Notes: generated from the letters alone by a model not told the origin. A stretch of 64,000 bases of DNA from Candidatus Nomurabacteria bacterium (GCA_020631995.1 JACKGJ010000002.1:90773-154772); one strand, 5' to 3'; numbered from the stretch's first letter, positions 35,155 to 43,607 are shown. Made by a program: numbers and translations.

Positions 35155-36024
35155 CTATTTCTGACACTTTGGACAAAAATGGGTGCCTCGGCCAGCAACT
35201 TTAGTCTTTTCTATGATGGATTTGCACCGATAGCAAGGTAATCCTTGGCGGGCAAAAACTAACAAATGGCTACTGTGTCCACCGGCCTGTCCGTCTGTGT
35301 CGGCAAAGCTTTGAAAGGTAGTGCCCCCATTTTTTATAGCCTCCTCAAGAACTTCTTTAGATGCTTTTGCCAAGCGGGCTGACTCGCTCTTCTTTAAAGT
35401 GTTGGCACGACGGTCTGGGCGTATTTTGGCCTTAAACAACGCTTCATCTACATAGATGTTACCGAGACCGGCTACGAAAGATTGGTCGAGTAGCACAGCT
35501 TTTATTAAAGCGTTCTTTTTTGCTAGTCTAGACATAAAATCTTCCGTACTGAAGTTGTCTGCAATCGGTTCTGGTCCAAACTTAAGCATTGTCGCCGAAA
35601 GTCCTTCTTCGTCGGTGAGACGCAGATAACCAAATAGTCTCATATCATTGAAGTACAGGGTGCTACCGCCAACAAAATGAATAGCGACGCGTGTGTGTCT
35701 GCCGGGAAATTTAGCTGTATCACGATGAGTGGCTGTGTGTCCTCCTCCGCCAGAGAGTCTCCCCGCTTTGTCCGTGAAAAAGAATTGGCCAGTCATCTTT
35801 AGGTGAGCCAACATAAACAAGTTTTTCTGTCCGGAGAATTTAAAGATAAGCAACTTCCCTATTCGGTCGATGTCAGATATTTTCAAACCGATTAACCTAT
35901 CAGCAAAACTAGAGTCACGACTGACCGATTTCGGGTGCAGTATATCCACTGCGGAAATCTTCTTTCCTTTAAGCTTGTTCCATAACTGAACTCTAACTGT
36001 TTCTACTTCTGGTAATTCTGGCAT
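35155..36024 (-). CDS. mutM: Formamidopyrimidine-DNA glycosylase
   Basis: Starts MPELPEVETV (catalytic Pro2) at ATG 36022-36024. H2TH region and C-terminal zinc finger CYRC...CPKC. The track's 35-aa N-terminal extension covers a structured repeat and is rejected. Confidence 0.85.
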   Translation of the reverse strand: MPELPEVETVRVQLWNKLKGKKISAVDILHPKSVSRDSSFADRLIGLKISDIDRIGKLLIFKFSGQKNLFMLAHLKMTGQFFFTDKAGRLSGGGGHTATHRDTAKFPGRHTRVAIHFVGGSTLYFNDMRLFGYLRLTDEEGLSATMLKFGPEPIADNFSTEDFMSRLAKKNALIKAVLLDQSFVAGLGNIYVDEALFKAKIRPDRRANTLKKSESARLAKASKEVLEEAIKNGGTTFQSFADTDGQAGGHSSHLLVFARQGLPCYRCKSIIEKTKVAGRGTHFCPKCQK

Positions 36025-36028
36025 AGCG

Positions 36029-36217
36029 AGGACTCGGTTCAACAATAACAACAATATTACATAGAATATATTGTTTTCGCCATCGTCTGTCGACAAAAAT
36101 CGAGCAGAAATGCACAAAAGCTCACTCACCAGAGGGTTATATGGTTCTTTCCCTTCAGTGCATTTCTACTCGATTCTTGTCGACCATTGAATTGGTGATG
36201 TTATTGAACCGAGTCCT
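36029..36217. repeat. 190-nt nested inverted repeat (candidate structured RNA or MITE-like element)
   Basis: Outer arms 36029-36055 / 36191-36217, with the first 14 bp perfect (AGGACTCGGTTCAA). Inner arms 36089-36115 / 36158-36184 pair at 25/27 positions as DNA. Both mismatches become G.U pairs if the minus strand is transcribed. Confidence 0.5.
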
Positions 36218-36280
36218 ATTCAAAATGAAATCAACTTCTTACCCGTCGTTCTTGTACATACCCATGCTATCATTTATTTA

Positions 36281-37552
36281 ATGAATGAGGACAGTGTCAA
36301 TAATTTTGACTTAGAGGGAGTTACTCGCACGGTAACATACAATAAAAATGAGCGCCTTAGCCTCTTGCGGTCGCTTTCTCTGCCAGAGCGGAGTGCAGTT
36401 TTTAATAATCTCTCCCCTAAAGTACGCGAAGTAGTAATTGATTCTTTGACTTTTAATGAAGTAGTGGAGATGTTGGATCATCTTGATCCACTCCGGGTTC
36501 ATCAGATTCTTTTCAAGATGAGAGACAAGAAGCGGAAGGCAAGATTTCTGTCTAGACTTAAGAGTGATCGTTTTGAAAAGACAGAATATTTTCTTCAATT
36601 TCATCCTGAAGCATCTTTAACTCTGTTTCACCTCAACTATCTCTACCTCTCTGAAGACACCACAGTTGGAGACACCGCAAATATTATTGAGAATCACCTC
36701 CGTACCACTGGAAAGATTCCTGCTATTTTGGTTTCAAAGGGTGGCAAGTTAACTGGTGAGGTGTCGCTCGGAACACTAGTGCGTGAACGAAATACAAACA
36801 AGTTAAAAAACTATGTTAGTCCAGTTAGTACTGTTGCGTATAACACTGACCGAAACAAGGTTTTGGAATTATTTCAATCTACTCCTCATGAAAAAGTAAT
36901 AGTTACTGACAGTGATGGTAGCGTGCTCGGAGTCATTTATTCTGATGATGTGATTGATTTGCTAGATGCGCAGCCAGCAGCGACGCTGTACTCTTTTGCT
37001 GGAGTGGAAGCTAGTGAGAGACCTTTTGATGCCGTATTTGATAAAGTGCGTGGTCGTTATCGCTGGCTCATAATAAACCTAGGGACCTGCTTTATAGCTG
37101 GTGGTACGGTCTCTCTCTTTGGTGAAACTATTAATCAATTTGTTGCACTCGCCATTTTTATGCCAATGATTGCCGGTATGGGTGGCAACACTAGCAATCA
37201 GACTTTTGCTATTATGATACGTGGCATATCAACTGGTGAAATTTCATTAAAGAATAGCTATCCAGCTATGATGCGCGAAATGATTGCTGCAGGAATCAAT
37301 GGACTACTTGTTTCTCTAATGATGGTACCAATAGCTCTATTTTTCGGACTTGATTTGATTATTGCTGTGATTGCAGGAGTAGCCATTGTGTTCAATATGA
37401 TTGTCGGAGGATTTTTTGGGACATTAGTTCCTTTGGTTCTCAAGTACATTGGTAAGGACCCCGCTACTTCAGCTGGTATCTTCATTTCCACTGCCACTGA
37501 CGTGATTGGCTTATTATTCTTCCTTGGACTGGCCACTATTATTTTGTTGTAA
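36281..37552 (+). CDS. mgtE: Magnesium transporter MgtE
   Basis: MgtE N-domain, CBS pair and TM domain with the PMIAGMGGNTSNQ motif. Confidence 0.9.
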   Translation: MNEDSVNNFDLEGVTRTVTYNKNERLSLLRSLSLPERSAVFNNLSPKVREVVIDSLTFNEVVEMLDHLDPLRVHQILFKMRDKKRKARFLSRLKSDRFEKTEYFLQFHPEASLTLFHLNYLYLSEDTTVGDTANIIENHLRTTGKIPAILVSKGGKLTGEVSLGTLVRERNTNKLKNYVSPVSTVAYNTDRNKVLELFQSTPHEKVIVTDSDGSVLGVIYSDDVIDLLDAQPAATLYSFAGVEASERPFDAVFDKVRGRYRWLIINLGTCFIAGGTVSLFGETINQFVALAIFMPMIAGMGGNTSNQTFAIMIRGISTGEISLKNSYPAMMREMIAAGINGLLVSLMMVPIALFFGLDLIIAVIAGVAIVFNMIVGGFFGTLVPLVLKYIGKDPATSAGIFISTATDVIGLLFFLGLATIILL

Positions 37553-37561
37553 TTAATCATT

Positions 37562-38038
37562 ATGAATATTTCAAAATCAATCAAGTTTGTTATCGCTCTA
37601 GCGCTACCCCTATCGGCTGGTTTCTTTGGTTCATTGTTCACAATGTCTTCCATTGATTCTTGGTATCGCTTCTTAGAAAAGCCAACTTTTTCTCCACCTG
37701 ACTTTGTCTTTGGTCCAGTATGGACTGCACTCTACATTATGATGGGTATCGCTGCTTATTTGGTTTGGAAAGATGGACTTTCAAGTGGTCGGGTGCGGAT
37801 GGCTCTACTAGTCTTTCTACTGCAACTTTCCTTAAATACCTCTTGGTCTATCTTTTTCTTTGGATTACAAAGCCCTATATCAGGTCTTTATATTATAGGA
37901 GCACTGTGGACGGCAATTGTTTTGAATATCTTTTTGTTCGCCCGTGTGTCTTCAGCAGCGGCGTGGTTGTTGGTCCCCTATTTATTATGGGTTTCCTTTG
38001 CTACTTACCTAAACTACTCCATTTATATCTTGAACTAA
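37562..38038 (+). CDS. tspO: TspO/MBR tryptophan-rich sensory protein
   Basis: Five TM segments, FGPVWTALYIMMGIAAYLVW and Trp-rich loops. Confidence 0.85.
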   Translation: MNISKSIKFVIALALPLSAGFFGSLFTMSSIDSWYRFLEKPTFSPPDFVFGPVWTALYIMMGIAAYLVWKDGLSSGRVRMALLVFLLQLSLNTSWSIFFFGLQSPISGLYIIGALWTAIVLNIFLFARVSSAAAWLLVPYLLWVSFATYLNYSIYILN

Positions 38039-38041
38039 TTT

Positions 38042-38569
38042 ATGGGGACAAAAGTTAAAAAGGTCATTAGAGTGAATGACAAAATGCAGAAAGGTTATCA
38101 ATATGAACTCACTGCACCGGCTGGGAAAAATTTTGATGCAGAGTTTAAACCACAACTAACCCCTCAAGAGATGTTAGAGCTCGGAGTATTTGGTGGTGTT
38201 TATATGAGGGACTGCACAAAGGAGTATCCAGCTTCTTGGTTTAAGGGCGCCAAGTTATCGCAGCGTTCTGACAATAAGCCGGTAAAAGAACTAAATTACT
38301 TTGGCCAGAATGCTAGTCAGCCACTGCGAGTTTGGATTGAGAAGGGATGGATATATAAAGATGATCCACGAGGTTGGTTTCAGTGGTATTGTCGCTATTA
38401 CATAGGACGGCGTATTGAAATAGAGGATGCACGTCAGATTAAAAGATGGAAAGCAATTAAACGTCACATTGCTCAGATACAGAAAAACTGTCGAAAGGGC
38501 GATGAGTATTGTCGCCCGCGTCAGCGTCAGGCTGTACTGCATTGGGCATACGATAGTAGGAAGTTATAA
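38042..38569 (+). CDS. Conserved-looking hypothetical protein
   Basis: 175 aa with distinctive GWFQWYCRYYIGRR and QIKRWKAIKRH motifs. Family not recalled with confidence. Confidence 0.55.
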   Translation: MGTKVKKVIRVNDKMQKGYQYELTAPAGKNFDAEFKPQLTPQEMLELGVFGGVYMRDCTKEYPASWFKGAKLSQRSDNKPVKELNYFGQNASQPLRVWIEKGWIYKDDPRGWFQWYCRYYIGRRIEIEDARQIKRWKAIKRHIAQIQKNCRKGDEYCRPRQRQAVLHWAYDSRKL

Positions 38570-38603
38570 AAAAACGCCCGCCCCGAGAGTATCGGGACGA
38601 GCG
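38566..38603 (-). terminator. Rho-independent terminator of the G+C-rich module
   Basis: On the minus strand, CGCTCGTCCCGA / TCGGGGCGGGCG stem then TTTTTTT. Confidence 0.6.
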
Positions 38604-38626
38604 GTATTGGGTTGCGCAGCCAGGGG

Positions 38627-39136
38627 CTACGCGGCGGTCTTGTCGTGACCGTTCGGCTGACGACCGCCGGCATGAAGAGTATGATCGGCAATAGCCGGAT
38701 CGATATCTTCCTTGGCGCGGGCGGTCCTGGCTGGTGTGTCGGTCATAGTGCCGTCGGCGCCGATGCCAAGATTGAGCTGGTCGGCCGAATCGAAGATGAT
38801 CCCCATCTTCGCAAAGAGCGCCCTGGCGAACTTGTCGGCCTCAGCCGAGCGCAGTGCGTTGTCGTGAACGGTTTTCCGGATTGTCCTCAGCTGGTCGACG
38901 CTAGTCGCACTGTAGATGTCGACCTGCTTGTCGAGTTCGTCGATCTTCTTGTCGAGCGTCTCGAGAACCAGCGGCACTTCAGCCGGCGGAATCAGAAGCT
39001 TCGTGGCGAGATAGATCGCCTTGTCGGAATGACCGGCATTGTCCCGCTTCCCGTCGATGTGGTTTGCTTCATACAAAATGGCGCCGCCTACCGACAGCAT
39101 GGCTGCGGATGCAATCAATGTGGATCTCTGTGACAT
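38627..39136 (-). CDS. Hypothetical exported protein (G+C-rich one-gene module)
   Basis: ATG 39134-39136 with GAGGAAG upstream. N-terminal hydrophobic MSQRSTLIASAAMLSVGGAIL. TTGACA -35 further upstream and a terminator on the same strand. My count is 35/60 G+C at 38641-38700. Confidence 0.55.
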   Translation of the reverse strand: MSQRSTLIASAAMLSVGGAILYEANHIDGKRDNAGHSDKAIYLATKLLIPPAEVPLVLETLDKKIDELDKQVDIYSATSVDQLRTIRKTVHDNALRSAEADKFARALFAKMGIIFDSADQLNLGIGADGTMTDTPARTARAKEDIDPAIADHTLHAGGRQPNGHDKTAA

Positions 39137-39253
39137 GAAAGAACTTCCTCTTTTCGACTTAAGGGACAATCCCTCAAGTTGCAGTACCTTAACCCACCTT
39201 CTCAAACTTGTCAACAGTGATATTTTGTATAAAATATCGGTCAATATTTGCAC

Positions 39254-39796
39254 TTAGTTGCGACGCATATACAGATAGACAACGATTAGGAAGGCGAAAG
39301 TAATGGCTGACAAAAGTGGAAAGGTCACAAAACCAAACTCATTAATTACTTTAACAGCACAGTCAGCGTTACTGCCGTCAATCAGACACGGAGCAAATCC
39401 CCCTTCTCGCACCGCTGGTGGAACGAGTTGGTAAATGTATTGATAGATAGCAACAATAAGTCCAAATATAGACAAACCTATTCCGTATAGTGGGAAGTTT
39501 CTTGTATCTTGGTTTCTAAAAGCTAGTAAGACTAGCAGTGCTTGTGGGTAAATAGCAATACGCTGAAGCCAGCAGAGTGAACACGGTATAAACTTAAAGT
39601 ATTCAGAATAAAGAAGTGTTAAAGCCACGGTGCCAATCGTGGTTAGTGTCACTACCGGCCACATTGCTTCTTTTACTCTGTCCTGAAAATATTTTCCTTT
39701 ATATATAAAATAATCAACGTAGAGAGCGATAGTTAAGGCTCCGAGTGCTAAACCACCGACTGCTAGTACGAAATTTAGGGTTGGAAGTAGATACAT
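39254..39796 (-). CDS. Disulfide bond formation protein, DsbB/BdbC family
   Basis: Four TM segments, with CSLCWLQR (CxxC) in loop 1 and a second Cys pair (CLIDGSNADC) in loop 2. ATG at 39794-39796. Confidence 0.7.
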   Translation of the reverse strand: MYLLPTLNFVLAVGGLALGALTIALYVDYFIYKGKYFQDRVKEAMWPVVTLTTIGTVALTLLYSEYFKFIPCSLCWLQRIAIYPQALLVLLAFRNQDTRNFPLYGIGLSIFGLIVAIYQYIYQLVPPAVREGGFAPCLIDGSNADCAVKVINEFGFVTFPLLSAITFAFLIVVYLYMRRN

Positions 39797-39859
39797 ATTT
39801 ATAATATTACCTGTATTAATGTTGTTTGTGCAAACACAGTTCCCTAACAAAGATTACTT

Positions 39860-40642
39860 TTATTCTCTTATAGCAATATATCTTTTTTTCCAAGCACTTT
39901 GGAATTGTTCGATTGAGATAGAGCCGTTACCTGATTTTTCGGCAGGGTCATTGTAGTAAACCTTTCCACCCTCTACACCGGTCACAATGACGAGGTGTGG
40001 AATCGGGTTAGTAGGTTGGAAGGTGTAGTGAACTGATACCATTACTGGTCCATCAATTAAGGCTTCCTCAAGGTTAGAGAAGGCAATACTCATCGACTGG
40101 TCGGTCATATAAACCGCTTCGCCAGAGAGACCATAACTTTTCGCTAGTCCGATAAGGCCAGAATGGGACCAACCAGCGCTTGATACATAGGCGTTAGCAG
40201 CAATTCCCTCCTCCAATAAACCATCAACAGTTATTTCACCTGGTTTATAAAAATCAATTAACATCGCCAGGCTCGCTATACCACAACCTATCTTTCGCCA
40301 CTCAGGTGCACTAATGTTGGTGAACTGTGAATAGAAAGGTACGGTGTGAATAGTTGCGGAGTCAGACTTTGTTGGTTTTGGCTGTTCTGGCTCTTCTTCA
40401 GGCGTCTCAACTTCTAAAGTACCAACTTCATTCTGGTCGGTAGATTCATTTTTGATTTCTTCAGTTAATTCTGTATCGTCCAAAACAACAACGCCTGTGT
40501 CTGGCATTGTCTTTTCTTCCTGTGCAAGATCCGGAGTTTCTTTCACGTAGGTAACAGTGTTTTGTGCACCATAAGCGATACCGTAAAGAGTTACGGTAGA
40601 TACTGCTACTATCGTGACTACTAAAGTATGAATGTACTTCAA
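39860..40642 (-). CDS. Secreted peptidase C39-like (papain-fold) domain protein
   Basis: TTG start, N-terminal TM/signal, acidic linker, then VPFYSQF...WRKIGCGIASLAMLIDFY, typical of the Peptidase_C39_2 family. Confidence 0.65.
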   Translation of the reverse strand: MKYIHTLVVTIVAVSTVTLYGIAYGAQNTVTYVKETPDLAQEEKTMPDTGVVVLDDTELTEEIKNESTDQNEVGTLEVETPEEEPEQPKPTKSDSATIHTVPFYSQFTNISAPEWRKIGCGIASLAMLIDFYKPGEITVDGLLEEGIAANAYVSSAGWSHSGLIGLAKSYGLSGEAVYMTDQSMSIAFSNLEEALIDGPVMVSVHYTFQPTNPIPHLVIVTGVEGGKVYYNDPAEKSGNGSISIEQFQSAWKKRYIAIRE

Positions 40643-40705
40643 AGCCGTATCATTTTACTATGGACTAGCTCTTGCCTGTAAGGGATTGTTGTGTTGGAAA
40701 TTTTT

Positions 40706-41653
40706 CTAGTCTTTCACTATCACTTTCGTGCCTATGTCAGCCCATTCATATAGTTTTTGTGCCATATCGGATGGTAAGTTTACACAGCCGTGTGAATAGC
40801 GCGAACCAAAGCTGGTATGCCAGTATGCACCATGTATCACTGCCCCACCGCTAGTGAAGTAGAGGTTCCAAGGAACACCTGGTAGATCATAATATTGGTC
40901 CGATGGTAGTCCTGGCAATGGACCTTGCATATAACGACTTGGTGTTTTTCTGAAGATAGTGAATGTACCTCGTGGAGTTGGGGTGAGCTCTAATCCGGTT
41001 GAAATATCTGTTTCCATATATAACTTCCCGTCTTCATAGGCATAAAGTCTCTGCTCCCCTCTGTCCACAGTAATCTCCTTATTGGTACTACTGGCGTGGC
41101 CACTGTCTTCAATGGTTTTCACTCCTTCGTCCAACAAAACCTCTACATAGTCAGCCGACACATACCAATCACTCGTCACTCTTTCTGGGTAGCGAAGCCA
41201 CTCATCAAAAACGATTTTAAACCATGTTTCATCATCCCTAGTCACTTTACCGCCCACCTTTAGCACTATGTCATTTCTTAAATGCGATACGACCGGATAG
41301 TCAGTACCTGGGCCAGATCGCACGTTTAAACACTCACCTTCAAAGTGTGGACCACAACCATCAATTACCTCTACGTATTCGAACAATACCTTTTCGACAG
41401 GCAGTGACTCTGCTATATCGCTGGAAGTGGCAGAACCAATGATTACTACCTCCTCCTCTTGTAGAAAGGGAGAAGGCGGTGCTGTGTAGTAACTCTCTGC
41501 GTTAGATTGGCTATCATCACTGTTTGGCTTGTTATATTCAATTGTGCCAGTAAGGAACATCCAGAAACCAAACAAAACAATTATTATCAGCAACAATAAG
41601 GCTCCGGTTAGCGACCAGGTGACTCTACGGTGATGTTTTCTTGTGACATTCAT
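40706..41653 (-). CDS. L,D-transpeptidase (YkuD) with SH3b-like domain
   Basis: N-terminal TM, NVRSGPGTDYPVVSHL (SH3b) and catalytic YSHGCVNL motif. Confidence 0.85.
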   Translation of the reverse strand: MNVTRKHHRRVTWSLTGALLLLIIIVLFGFWMFLTGTIEYNKPNSDDSQSNAESYYTAPPSPFLQEEEVVIIGSATSSDIAESLPVEKVLFEYVEVIDGCGPHFEGECLNVRSGPGTDYPVVSHLRNDIVLKVGGKVTRDDETWFKIVFDEWLRYPERVTSDWYVSADYVEVLLDEGVKTIEDSGHASSTNKEITVDRGEQRLYAYEDGKLYMETDISTGLELTPTPRGTFTIFRKTPSRYMQGPLPGLPSDQYYDLPGVPWNLYFTSGGAVIHGAYWHTSFGSRYSHGCVNLPSDMAQKLYEWADIGTKVIVKD

Positions 41654-41745
41654 ATCTTTATTTAGTGTATATAAGCACAGAATCTGGTTATAGAATAATA
41701 TTCACTCCCTTAAAGATTGTCTAATTAGTCGTACGCTATAATTTA

Positions 41746-42312
41746 ATGATGAAAAACTCATCATTAGAGTTGAAGGTACAGGCTCTCAATGAGCTACAAA
41801 AACGGGTGGAGAAACTACAAACTAAATCCAAAACGAAGAACAAGGCTGGTATTGGTGATGATTTTATTAATATTAAAGTCGAGAAGTCCCAAGCAACATT
41901 CAAAAGAGTAAAAGTATCAGGAGAGCGTGACATTGGTCATGGTGAATTTTTTCTCCTCTTAGACATTACAGCTCTAAAAGAAGATGTATACATTCCCCTT
42001 TCAATTGCATCCGGAAAGAAAACCACCGGCTTTATGTATCATATTGAAGGAACAGCCGAGGGTGACATATACACCACCACCATTACAGGTAGAGGTGAAG
42101 GTATCACTAAAATTACGTTAGGGACACTGCTATATGCAAAGATTCCGTCTGGTAAGACTGCCAGTTTCCGGATGTTAATTGAAGTGAGGGGTGGGACTAG
42201 CAAAGAGTTCAAGGTGGTAATAAATCGTATTAACTACAAACTGGATCCAACTGATGCTAGGTATAAACGTTTGGATGTTGAAATCAATTCGAAGCTCTTG
42301 AAGTTTTTGTAG
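41746..42312 (+). CDS. Hypothetical protein
   Basis: 188 aa with an N-terminal coiled-coil. No family recognised. A bidirectional hairpin (AAAGACC/GGTCTTT) follows. Confidence 0.5.
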   Translation: MMKNSSLELKVQALNELQKRVEKLQTKSKTKNKAGIGDDFINIKVEKSQATFKRVKVSGERDIGHGEFFLLLDITALKEDVYIPLSIASGKKTTGFMYHIEGTAEGDIYTTTITGRGEGITKITLGTLLYAKIPSGKTASFRMLIEVRGGTSKEFKVVINRINYKLDPTDARYKRLDVEINSKLLKFL

Positions 42313-42375
42313 TATATGACAAAAGAAAAGACCCTTTGATGTTATCTCGAGGTCTTTTAGTTTGTGCTATTTAAT

Positions 42376-42501
42376 CTACTTCTTTCCCTTTTTACCTGCC
42401 TTCTTGGCAAGCATTTCTCTTTTTGCTTCTAAGCGCTTCTTTGATTTATATGGACGCTTAGAAGTGTTCTTCTTTGGACTCAATGCAATTATTCGTGTCA
42501 T
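42376..42501 (-). CDS. Possible 41-aa highly basic peptide
   Basis: Own translation: MTRIIALSPKKNTSKRPYKSKKRLEAKREMLAKKAGKKGKK. Below the track cut-off, no SD seen. Confidence 0.3.
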   Translation of the reverse strand: MTRIIALSPKKNTSKRPYKSKKRLEAKREMLAKKAGKKGKK

Positions 42502-42625
42502 GTCGAACAGTATATATTAATTTTGGTTGGTAGTTAAGGTGTTTTCTGGGAGAATGTTGAAACTTTTTATATAAAAGCAGCCCACAAACGTAGTCGTGGG
42601 ACTTACGCTTATGGGCAGTCTGTAA

Positions 42626-43078
42626 TCATCGAGGGAAACCAGCATCCTTCTGCCAGGTCCAACCTGCTGTTGCTAGTCCAGTCAGAAGTCCTCCGTTGTA
42701 TAAGTCCATGCGAATCCATTTCGCAGCAGCGATGCTGTATAGAATGGCCAGACCATGAGCGATTTCCTTCTCAGGTAGGTCTGGAGAAAGAGCGATACTG
42801 TCTTGCTTCCATGCCTCCATCTCGATCAGGGTAGGAATTCGTCGCTCGGCAATAAGCTTTTGCAGATGGATTCGGGCATCTTCCACTGAAGCCTCAATTT
42901 CTTCTTCATCCATGTCGAGTATCTCTGCTGTGCTTGTGTAGCTGTGTTGTCTTACAACTACCAAAACAAGAGGATGAAGTTCAGAGGGCATCAAATGAAA
43001 CATCGCCGCTATTTCTTCAGGCAAAACATGAGCCTTACCTGGATTCAGAATTGCTGTCGAAAAAACGTCACTGAGCAT
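42626..43078 (-). CDS. Hypothetical protein with sigma-70 region-4-like HTH (G+C-rich one-gene module)
   Basis: AGGAGG SD before ATG 43076-43078. LMPSELHPLVLVVVRQHSYTSTAEILDMDEEEIEASVEDARIHLQKLI resembles sigma70_r4_2. The terminator is homologous to that of cassette 2. Confidence 0.5.
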   Translation of the reverse strand: MLSDVFSTAILNPGKAHVLPEEIAAMFHLMPSELHPLVLVVVRQHSYTSTAEILDMDEEEIEASVEDARIHLQKLIAERRIPTLIEMEAWKQDSIALSPDLPEKEIAHGLAILYSIAAAKWIRMDLYNGGLLTGLATAGWTWQKDAGFPR

Positions 43079-43314
43079 TATGACCTCCTAAGTCTTGTTT
43101 CGTCTGTTAGTGATACTACAATAAAAACTCAAAATGTCTAGCTCCGCGGGAAGGAATTTCTTTCATTACATGAACGGTACAGGTTGTCACGATTTTTCAT
43201 ACTTCAAAATCGCAGGCAACCTTTTCGAATCCTGACGGAAGTGACGCAGGTCACTTCCTCCCGCGTAGCATTAAAATCAAAGACCACACAAAGTGTGGCC
43301 TAAGATTTTATATG

Positions 43315-43607
43315 CTCCGCGGGCAGGATTCGAACCTGCGACCAATCGATTACACGAATCCCAATGTTTCCAAAGGGCGTGGACTATATCATCACCCACT
43401 AGGGGTGGAAGGCGCTTCCCCGGATTTCTCCGAGTACTCCCGTTAGGGATAGTCTCTGAACCTTTCCTTTGATTACTCTCCGGACTTGGCTGCTGATTGC
43501 CCACGGCTTTACGTTTGGGTTCCCAGCAGTTCACCTTCTTTTCGATCTGGATTACTCCAGAAAGCTGCCTTTGACAGTCGACCGCTCTACCGCTGAGCTA
43601 CCGCGGA
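43315..43607 (-). tRNA. tRNA-Asn (anticodon GUU) interrupted by a group I intron
   Basis: Exon 1 43574-43607 is TCCGCGGTAGCTCAGCGGTAGAGCGGTCGACTGT. Exon 2 43315-43352 is TAATCGATTGGTCGCAGGTTCGAATCCTGCCCGCGGAG. Joined, they give a 72-nt cloverleaf with loop CTGTTAA, a U1-A72 pair and G73, like bacterial tRNA-Asn. Confidence 0.85.
43353..43573 (-). ncRNA. Group I intron, 221 nt, no ORF
   Basis: The 5' exon ends in U and the intron ends in G. GCAG near the intron 5' end can pair with exon CUGU (P1 with a U.G pair). Conserved core strings GCAGCCAAGUCC and GUUCAGAGACUA with the complementary AUAGUC (P7), as in the Tetrahymena and Azoarcus introns. Confidence 0.85.

Noticed and set aside
36025-36129. 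35-aa N-terminal extension of mutM given by the ORF track
   Set aside because: Fpg requires Pro2 after the initiator Met (MPELPEVE). The extension overlaps the inverted-repeat element.
36029-36280. M-box (ykoK) magnesium riboswitch upstream of mgtE
   Set aside because: I could not find the conserved M-box sequence blocks I remember. The element is a near-perfect long inverted repeat, and its wobble pairs favour the opposite strand.
38612-39133. Plus-strand 173-aa ORF in the G+C-rich module
   Set aside because: It is the antisense partner of 38627-39136. The minus-strand ORF has the SD, promoter, signal-like N-terminus and a terminator with a T-run on its own strand. The plus ORF has none of these and has an Arg/Gly-rich composition typical of G+C-rich antisense frames.
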